From: Anaerohalosphaeraceae bacterium
GTDB taxonomy: Bacteria > Planctomycetota > Phycisphaerae > Sedimentisphaerales > Anaerohalosphaeraceae
Direction: 5' to 3'
Length of the DNA stretch: 20,106 nucleotides
Assembly (NCBI GenBank): GCA_030641315.1
Contig: DAOWHR010000150.1
Span: 1 to 20,106 of the forward strand
Shown here in pieces: positions 8,628 through 14,784 of this stretch (its first letter is position 1; every line of letters begins with the position of its first letter). The translations under genes were made by a program, and so were the position numbers. Below the pieces are notes generated by a model. That model was not told the origin of the DNA and searched no databases. It saw only the letters and a program-made list of their open reading frames with translations.

Positions 8628-10208
8628 GACATTGTCAGCAGTGCCGAATTAACCGACTGCATTCAGACGGACAAAGATATCACTTGCGATGAGCGAATGG
8701 TATTCACAGTAAACACAAGCTACGGTTTATCAAACAACCTGGAGATACTGAAATTGGACCCGCAAGGTCAGGGTATTGAAGAATCCATACAACTTGAGAT
8801 CACAAAGACGCCTCCATGCTACTATTTCCCTCTGACATATTTCCACACGGCAGCATATTACCCTCACGAAGAATTAAGATCTGCGCACGATCCGACGATC
8901 CCATGCAGCCGAGAATGTGAGGACAGTCCGCAGTCTCAGTGCCCAACGTGCGGATGGGTCTATCATGGTCAGAATCGTATCGAACATTCTCAGGGCTTTT
9001 GCGGCGGCGGTGTCGCGCACTGCATTCGCATGGGAGATTTGTACTTCCACGGTTACGAGATCGGCCCCTACAGAAAAACTTATGATATTAAAACTAAAAT
9101 ATTTCAAGGTTCTGAAGAACACACTTTCACGATCAAGCCGGACAACCCTTTGTATTCCACAAAGTTCGATCGATCATATATGGGCGATTTTAACCTGGAA
9201 GCCAACCTGATCGGCGACCAGCAGCAGTACCTCGGTGTGCCCGAACTCGACAACTACATACTCTATATCCCAGCTGCCCCAGCGGAACATCCGATGGTTC
9301 AGGATTACCAGAACAATATGCTCCTCGTTCCGCGCGAAGAAGTATCAAAATACGGAACCGAGCTGGACAAAGTAGCCATCAGCTATAAGACGTTTCGACT
9401 CTATGGCAGCTCACTCTCCCTGCTCCAGCCAGGTGACGGACTGGGCAACCAACTGTTCCATAAACACAATTCAGACCTGCAACAGCTGACTATAAATCCG
9501 AATACCGAAACAACATACCTTATTCACGGCAAACGTCCGTTTAAGCAGTCAATGGAATTCTTAGTAGGAATGCCGCAGGTACTTGTCTATAAACCAAAAC
9601 AGATACAGCACTCCTTAGTGTCATTTAAGATAGATTCCCCAGCGGAACTTAAACAGATCAAGACGGAATCAAAAGGTATAATTTGGTCTGCTGAAATCGA
9701 AACATTCGATAGCATGTCCAACAACGGCGTTCTCAATGTACTTATCAAAAATATTGGGGATTATAAAACCGATTACATCGTTATGGTAACTGACGCGACA
9801 AGAAACATTCAAAACAATTCTTACCCGGCCCAGGCACGAACGCTGGATCCGGAACAGGAAATCACCGTTAAGTTTGACATCCATACTCAATATAATCTAA
9901 ATTCGTCTAATGAGCTTAAAGTAAACCTCAAAAGCACATCAGGCAAAGAATACGACTCTGTATGGGAGAAATTTGACACAGAAATAATTGAGACCAAATA
10001 TCCATGGCAGCTTTACCAACAGAACAAAGGCTCAAAATACAAAGCCGAATCCAGAAGCTATATCAAGGGGGACTTTAACTGCGATGATAAAGTAGACCTT
10101 CAGGACCTGGCCATCGCGACAGAAGAATGGAAGCCCGGCCAAAGCAATACTATCGTCATGGCCGATCTGCTGAAGATAGCCCAATGCTGGCTTACCGGCT
10201 GCCTATAA
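8538..10208 (+). CDS. HAP2/GCS1-like fusexin (class II fusogen-like) ectodomain protein, secreted, with no C-terminal transmembrane (TM) segment
   Basis: ORF 8511-10208 opens with TTG. The ATG at 8538 is preferred because GGAGGG lies 5 nt upstream. The leader is MNTKNAASHQIAIVISTAIIVLCITSLCQA/D. The following motifs are collinear with Arabidopsis HAP2 as I recall it. IVSSAELTDC..(8)..ITCDERMVFTV matches ILSKSRLEKC....LNCSTKIVLNL. ITKT..CYYFPLTY....YYPHE matches ITVNKSAAYALYDLTYIRDVPYKPQE. CEDSPQSQC......IEHSQGFC.G matches CEPDAG..IC......EQTQP.CCPCG. VAHCIRMGDLYFHGYEIG matches TAHCLRFPGDWFHVFGIG. ANLIGDQQQYLGVPELDNYILYIP matches VNLIGDFGGYTSIPSFEDFYLVIP. NMLLVPREEVSKYGTELDKVAISYKTF matches MWMLLERVRFTLDGLECNKIGVGYEAF. 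GLGNQLFHKHNSDLQQL matches CLHNQLWNFRESDINRI. GIIWSAEIETFDSMSNNGVLNVLIKNIGDYKTDYIVMV matches [36 protein letters not shown]. Confidence 0.8.
   Translation: MNTKNAASHQIAIVISTAIIVLCITSLCQADIVSSAELTDCIQTDKDITCDERMVFTVNTSYGLSNNLEILKLDPQGQGIEESIQLEITKTPPCYYFPLTYFHTAAYYPHEELRSAHDPTIPCSRECEDSPQSQCPTCGWVYHGQNRIEHSQGFCGGGVAHCIRMGDLYFHGYEIGPYRKTYDIKTKIFQGSEEHTFTIKPDNPLYSTKFDRSYMGDFNLEANLIGDQQQYLGVPELDNYILYIPAAPAEHPMVQDYQNNMLLVPREEVSKYGTELDKVAISYKTFRLYGSSLSLLQPGDGLGNQLFHKHNSDLQQLTINPNTETTYLIHGKRPFKQSMEFLVGMPQVLVYKPKQIQHSLVSFKIDSPAELKQIKTESKGIIWSAEIETFDSMSNNGVLNVLIKNIGDYKTDYIVMVTDATRNIQNNSYPAQARTLDPEQEITVKFDIHTQYNLNSSNELKVNLKSTSGKEYDSVWEKFDTEIIETKYPWQLYQQNKGSKYKAESRSYIKGDFNCDDKVDLQDLAIATEEWKPGQSNTIVMADLLKIAQCWLTGCL
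10062..10205 (+). other. Dockerin-like C-terminal tail of the HAP2-like protein
   Basis: IKGDFNCDDKVDLQDLAIATEEWKPGQSNTIVMADLLKIAQCWLTGCL. It has a D-x-N-x-D-x-K-V-D-x-x-D loop plus ..LAIATEEW and ..LLKIAQCWL helices. Compare DINGDGVTNLSDYVILAQHWLE at the end of the GLUG protein. Confidence 0.5.
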
Positions 10209-10238
10209 TAATCTCTGATATAAACAAAATGAAGCCGG

Positions 10239-11723
10239 TTATTTACCGCCGTAGATCAGTTTCATCTGCGCAAAGTTTGGTATAACAGGCAGCATTCCCT
10301 CACCTGGTTTGTAAGAGTCACCCCAATAAGTATAAAAAGCCTTGCCGATCAGATAATCCCGCGGAACGATACCCGCACGATATATCTGACCCAGATCACC
10401 TTTGCCGGGATCCGGCCACATCCGGCTGTCATGGCTCACCGGGCTGTTATCCCCGCACAAAAAGAACTCATCCGGACCAAGCGTAAAACTATTATCCTCA
10501 CGAGGCCTTACTCCGAGTTTATAATACATGTCACGGTATATCCCGATGTGAGCAAGCATCATACTCCCCTGCCCGAAAACTTCGACCGCCGGGTCGTTAT
10601 TATTCTTCACTTCGCCAACCGCATACATATCCGCCCCAAGATCGAAGATCAGTTCTTCTCTGCCGTACCGAAGTTTAAGAACATGATCCACATTAGAAAA
10701 ACGCAATTGATCGCCCTGACCAACTCTGACATCGGTATACAGCTTTGCCTGCGCAATTACTTCTGTCACTCCGTCAACGGTCCTTTCCAGCCTCAACTCG
10801 TCCGCTCCGAAATCCACCCACCCATGATACATTGTATCATACTTCTTAAGCGTCACACCTATGCCCCCCTGCTTTTTTTCGGGCGAGACATAACATTGAA
10901 ACATCAGATCGCTGCATACTTCGGACTTGGCAAACGCCATGCTGTTGTAAGTATACTTCGCGTTAAAGTCCACACCTTTGCTCGCATCGTAATGTATCGT
11001 ATGAACCTTGCCGTCCTCGCTGTCAAGCTCAAACACCGTAGGCCCGTCTGCACTCAGGTTCCAGTTGCTGCCCGGTACGTTCACAAAAGGCTGTTCCCAT
11101 TTCCTGTTACCCAACCCCTGCCCGACATTACCCTCCTTGCCTGCCTTTTCATGCCATCGGCCCGAAGGCTGGTAATCGTTGTCATAAACGCACATCCATA
11201 ACTCGTTTTGAACCTTGGGAGGCTTACGGGATATCTTGCCGTCAATATAAAAATCACCGTCATATATCTCAAGCTTCTCACCGGGACTGCCGATCAGCCG
11301 TTTAATATAGTTCTGTTCAGGATCGCCTGGATACTTGAAAACTACAACATCCCACTGCTTAGGCTCGACGAATTGATAGATCGACTTCAACACGAATATC
11401 CTGTCACCGTTAAGCATCGGTGGAACGTCTTTGCTGTCAACCCAGTACCCGCAGCTTGAGCAGCGGGGACGCGGATCACGGCTGCTGTCTCCATCCAGAT
11501 CAAGAGTATACCCGCAACGGGTACACCGCAAATGGTAATGAACACCACGCAGCGTCTCAGCCATACTGCCGGTAGGGATACGGAAAGGCTCGACAATAAA
11601 CTCACGGAATACAAACGCGAGGATAAGCGCAATACCAAGCCACTGCAAGGTATTAACTATACTCAACAGCGTAGTATTATGACGCCGTTCGAACTCAAAT
11701 CCATCTTCAAAACGATCAACCAT
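10239..11723 (-). CDS. lepB: Signal peptidase I, long form with a Cys4 insert (paralog 1)
   Basis: ORF 10239-11732 opens with TTG. The ATG at 11723 is preferred because AAGGAA lies 9 nt upstream. The N-terminal TM segment is WLGIALILAFVF. The catalytic boxes are IPTGSMAETL (Ser), GDRIFVLK, WDVVVFKYPGDPEQNYIKRLIGSPGEKLEIYDGDFYIDGK (Lys) and FFLCGDNSPVSHDSRMW. A CTRCG..(17)..CSSCG insert follows the Ser box. An insert of about 260 aa separates the Lys box from the GDNS box. Confidence 0.9.
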   Translation of the reverse strand: MVDRFEDGFEFERRHNTTLLSIVNTLQWLGIALILAFVFREFIVEPFRIPTGSMAETLRGVHYHLRCTRCGYTLDLDGDSSRDPRPRCSSCGYWVDSKDVPPMLNGDRIFVLKSIYQFVEPKQWDVVVFKYPGDPEQNYIKRLIGSPGEKLEIYDGDFYIDGKISRKPPKVQNELWMCVYDNDYQPSGRWHEKAGKEGNVGQGLGNRKWEQPFVNVPGSNWNLSADGPTVFELDSEDGKVHTIHYDASKGVDFNAKYTYNSMAFAKSEVCSDLMFQCYVSPEKKQGGIGVTLKKYDTMYHGWVDFGADELRLERTVDGVTEVIAQAKLYTDVRVGQGDQLRFSNVDHVLKLRYGREELIFDLGADMYAVGEVKNNNDPAVEVFGQGSMMLAHIGIYRDMYYKLGVRPREDNSFTLGPDEFFLCGDNSPVSHDSRMWPDPGKGDLGQIYRAGIVPRDYLIGKAFYTYWGDSYKPGEGMLPVIPNFAQMKLIYGGK

Positions 11724-11796
11724 CCCTGACAATTCCTTATCGAATATTATTCCAGCCGCATCTTAAATAACTTTCCCTGCAAATTCGGCTATTGCC

Positions 11797-13347
11797 CTAA
11801 CTGCCCCCGCCCGCGATTATCTTCATCCCCCCGATATACGGCACTAACCGAAGCCCCTTAGCGTACCAGGGTTTGAAACCGCCCGGCCAGTAAACAAAGA
11901 ACGCCTTGCCTATCATATACTCACGAGGAACAATACCCTCACGATATTCATTGCCGTCATTGCCTTTCCCAGGCTCATTCCAGAATCGGGAGTCAGAACT
12001 GCTTGGACTGTTATCGCCGCAAACAAAGAATTGATCATCTGCCAGCGTAAAAGGTGAATCGCCGCGAAGAATTGCATGACCGCTCTCTTCCACAGGAGTA
12101 TAATGAATGTCCCGCATTATAGCGACATGCAGCAGTTCCATCTTCCCGCTGCCGAATATCGTAACGTCAGGCATGATATTAATTTGCTCGCCAGCCGAAT
12201 TGTACGACCTGCCAAGATCATACCGAAGCTCATCGCCGCCAAACTCCAGAACAAGCTCATGGTCGACATTAGCAAAACGACACTCCACCATGACTGCCTC
12301 GTCATGCCAACCAGCCGCCTTTCTGGCAAGTTCCTCCACCTTGCCGCCCCTGCCGATCATCTCGATGACCATATCACCGTCGGCATCGACCCGGCCGCTA
12401 TACCGTATGCCGTACTTACTCAGTCCAACACCGACACTGCTGCTTGCGTCGGACCGCGACACATTGAACTTGACCATAAGATCGCTGCATATCGGCATAT
12501 TTTTGAAGTACGCCGATACATCGTAAGAATATGTCGCCCTGAAATCGTTTCCGATCGTACTGTTATAAACAAGTTCGCTAACCTGACCGTCTTTGCTGTC
12601 AAGAACAAACCTTCTGCCCCCGTCACCGTCAAGGTTCCAACTGCCGCCGCCAACATTATCGAACGGCTGCTCCCAACGATGACCGTTGAATGTAGCAAGC
12701 CCGGGGTTCACCGGCTGATAATCGTTCTGATATATGCTCATCCAAAGCTCATCCTGAACATTCTTTGGCTTCCTTGCGATCTTGCCATCGATATAAACAT
12801 CGCCGTCGATAAGCTCAAGCGTCTCGCCCGGCAGCCCTACCATACGCTTGATATAATTGATCTCAGGATGCACAGGATTCTTGAAAACCACAACATCCCA
12901 TCGCTTTGGTTCGGAAAACTGATATATGCACTTCAGAACAAATATGCGGTCACCTTTGACAACTGGCATCTTTTCGTTTGTACGCAAATAAGAGCCGCAA
13001 CTGCTGCACCATTGAGGAGATGGCAATACAGGCATGTTCTCTCCGGGAGCGGCATTCTCAGGAATCCTGAATCGAAATCGAGAATCCTTGTTATATCTGT
13101 ATGGAACAAACCCATAATCATAACGCCACCCGCATTGCTCACAACGAAGGCGAAAATGTGCACCCTTTAACGTATCTGCCATACTGCCCGTCGGTATAGT
13201 ATAGGCCTGCATCACGAAAACAATAAATACAAGCGTGATCGAAAATGCCATTATCAGCCACTCGGAAGTATTGAACAGACTTTCAAAAAAGTTAAAACTC
13301 TCTTTTTTTCGTTTTTTAGAAGATACTGACAACTCGTTGCCTTTCAA
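11797..13347 (-). CDS. lepB: Signal peptidase I, long form with a Cys4 insert (paralog 2)
   Basis: 516-aa ORF with a TTG start; the first in-frame ATG would truncate the TM segment. TM segment: WLIMAFSITLVFIVFV. It carries IPTGSMADTL, GDRIFVLK, WDVVVFKNPVHPEINYIKRMVGLPGETLELIDGDVYIDGK and FFVCGDNSPSSSDSRFW. The Cys4 insert is CEQCG..(41)..CSSCG. It is collinear with paralog 1 along its full length. Confidence 0.88.
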   Translation of the reverse strand: MKGNELSVSSKKRKKESFNFFESLFNTSEWLIMAFSITLVFIVFVMQAYTIPTGSMADTLKGAHFRLRCEQCGWRYDYGFVPYRYNKDSRFRFRIPENAAPGENMPVLPSPQWCSSCGSYLRTNEKMPVVKGDRIFVLKCIYQFSEPKRWDVVVFKNPVHPEINYIKRMVGLPGETLELIDGDVYIDGKIARKPKNVQDELWMSIYQNDYQPVNPGLATFNGHRWEQPFDNVGGGSWNLDGDGGRRFVLDSKDGQVSELVYNSTIGNDFRATYSYDVSAYFKNMPICSDLMVKFNVSRSDASSSVGVGLSKYGIRYSGRVDADGDMVIEMIGRGGKVEELARKAAGWHDEAVMVECRFANVDHELVLEFGGDELRYDLGRSYNSAGEQINIMPDVTIFGSGKMELLHVAIMRDIHYTPVEESGHAILRGDSPFTLADDQFFVCGDNSPSSSDSRFWNEPGKGNDGNEYREGIVPREYMIGKAFFVYWPGGFKPWYAKGLRLVPYIGGMKIIAGGGS

Positions 13348-13450
13348 TGAAATACTCTATCGCAAAAGCGACAGTAAAAAAATACTCCGGTGCCTGAACA
13401 TATATAATCAAAATTGTAATACTTTAGCCATCTGTCAGATACGACTTGTC

Positions 13451-13470
13451 ATTCCAGCGAAGGCTGGAAT
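13451..13470. repeat. Perfect 8-bp stem / GAAG-loop palindromic element (REP-like)
   Basis: attccagc-gaag-gctggaat. Its translation gives the ..VIPAKAGIQ.. peptide seen in ORF 13235-13579, a signature of a widespread bacterial intergenic palindrome family (from memory). Only a single copy occurs in this window. Confidence 0.45.
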
Positions 13471-14027
13471 CCAGTGTATAATAGCTTCCGCCGCAGGCGG
13501 TATCCTGTTATTTAACATTTGGCTAAAATGTTACTCAAAATTAAATTACAGCTTTAAACGCAAAATCACATTACCCTAAAGGGCGTTAAAACCATTAATT
13601 ATGGCACCTAAACCTATTTAGGTCAAGCAGCTATTGATTTTTTCGGATATTTACACCTCCAGCAATATTTATTCGATCAAGTATTATACCTTCTTTTGAT
13701 GCGTGAAACAGCTTTAATGAACCAAAACATCACTTTTTGCAAACAAACAATCTATAATGTCGACTGAAATATATTAATTTTTTCATCATTCAGGCAGGAT
13801 TTCTCCAGGATTGTAAAAAAACTGAAAATAAGTCTTGCCGTTTAGAAGTCTTTACTGTATAGTACTTTGTGTAATTTAGGAAGGATTTGCCCTGTTTGAA
13901 ATATTTGAGGCCAAGGTATCGTTGATAGTCAATCAAGGCAAACTTAATGCTGCTGGCAAATGCTGTTGTAGGGCTTATTGTGATGCGGTGAAAATAATAA
14001 CAAATTCTTTTTGATACGAGGTCACAC

Positions 14028-14372
14028 ATGTCAACTATCACAAAAAAAGAACTAATAGATAAGATCGCCGATACTACTCAGGCAAAAAGAGTTGTTGTAA
14101 AAAGAATAGTCCAGGCTTTTCTGGACGAAATAGTGGAAGAACTCAGCAAGGATAACAGGCTTGAGTTCCGCGACTTCGGTGTATTCGAGACTAGAAAAAG
14201 AGCAGCAAGAGTTGCGCAAAACCCGAAAACACTCAAAAGAGTAATGGTCCCGGAAAAGAGAACTATAAAGTTCAAAATGGGCAGGCTGATGAAAGAAAAG
14301 CTACAAATGCCCATAGCGGATGAACCAACTGAACAAACGCCATCAGAACCAGTGGAAACTTCTCAGGAATAG
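14028..14372 (+). CDS. HU/IHF-family DNA-binding protein with an acidic, Pro-rich C-terminal tail
   Basis: 114 aa, with GAGG 8 nt upstream of the ATG. ITKKELIDKIA...AKRVVVKRIVQAFLDEIVEEL, RLEFRDFGVFETRKRAARVAQNPKT...V.VPEKRTIKFKMGRLMKE matches the HU/IHF fold pattern (the ..GFG.F....R..R.GRNP.TGE..I......FK.G..LK arm). Confidence 0.88.
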   Translation: MSTITKKELIDKIADTTQAKRVVVKRIVQAFLDEIVEELSKDNRLEFRDFGVFETRKRAARVAQNPKTLKRVMVPEKRTIKFKMGRLMKEKLQMPIADEPTEQTPSEPVETSQE

Positions 14373-14460
14373 TCACCTAAAGGCTTAAATTAAAGAGCAT
14401 ATCCGTTTCTTAAGCATAACACATATCCCGCGCGATGACCGGGATAAATAAGGAGTTTCG

Positions 14461-14661
14461 ATGAAAGACGGCACTGTAAAATGGTACGATAGAAAAAAAG
14501 GCTACGGCTTTATTTCATCATCCGATGGAGATGACATCTTCGTTCACTACACCAGCCTTAGCAGCCAGACAACCACATTAGCCGATGGCGATACTGTAAA
14601 ATTCGAGATCGTTGACGGCGAAAAAGGACCAAGAGCAAGCAACGTCACTGTACAGGTCTGA
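14461..14661 (+). CDS. Cold-shock domain protein (CspA family)
   Basis: 66 aa, with AAGGAG 5 nt upstream of the ATG. GTVKWYDRKKGYGFI is the RNP1-like motif and DIFVHYTSL the RNP2-like motif. GDTVKFEIVDGEKGPRASNV is also present. Confidence 0.93.
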   Translation: MKDGTVKWYDRKKGYGFISSSDGDDIFVHYTSLSSQTTTLADGDTVKFEIVDGEKGPRASNVTVQV

Positions 14662-14713
14662 CCAGCATATCCCTCTATCCCATGCATGGGATAATTCCCG
14701 CCTCTTGCTGCGC

Positions 14714-14750
14714 AATAAAAAGGAAACCGCAAAACAACCTCACGGTCTCC
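14714..14750 (-). terminator. Candidate intrinsic terminator for the minus-strand gene 14785-15483
   Basis: The minus-strand RNA reads GGAGACCG-(13-nt loop)-CGGUUUCC, an 8-bp stem including one G-U pair, followed directly by UUUUUAUU. It starts about 35 nt after the stop codon. The loop is rather long. Confidence 0.4.
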
Positions 14751-14784
14751 ACGAGTATTGTTTGGAACATATTGTCACGAAATA

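Noticed and set aside
8538-10208. Eukaryotic contamination or assembly chimera as the explanation for the HAP2-like gene
   Set aside because: The ORF is uninterrupted and preceded by a Shine-Dalgarno sequence and sigma70-like promoter elements. It carries a bacterial-type leader and lies 30 bp from lepB. It shares a C-terminal tail with the adjacent bacterial gene. The explanation still deserves a read-level check.
10431-13170. Long antisense ORFs (10431-11201, 256 aa; 12076-13170, 364 aa) opposite the lepB genes
   Set aside because: The minus strand carries all the signal peptidase I catalytic boxes. The plus-strand translations are low-complexity and rich in R/I/L with no motifs, which is typical of shadow ORFs.
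13235-13579. 114-aa ORF containing ..VIPAKAGIQ..
   Set aside because: The peptide is the translation of the palindromic element at 13451-13470. The ORF starts inside lepB on the opposite strand and runs through an AT-rich spacer, so it is not a gene.
13790-14041. 83-aa minus-strand ORF overlapping the HU/IHF start codon
   Set aside because: It lies in AT-rich intergenic sequence, has no RBS or motif, and overlaps the start of a confident gene.
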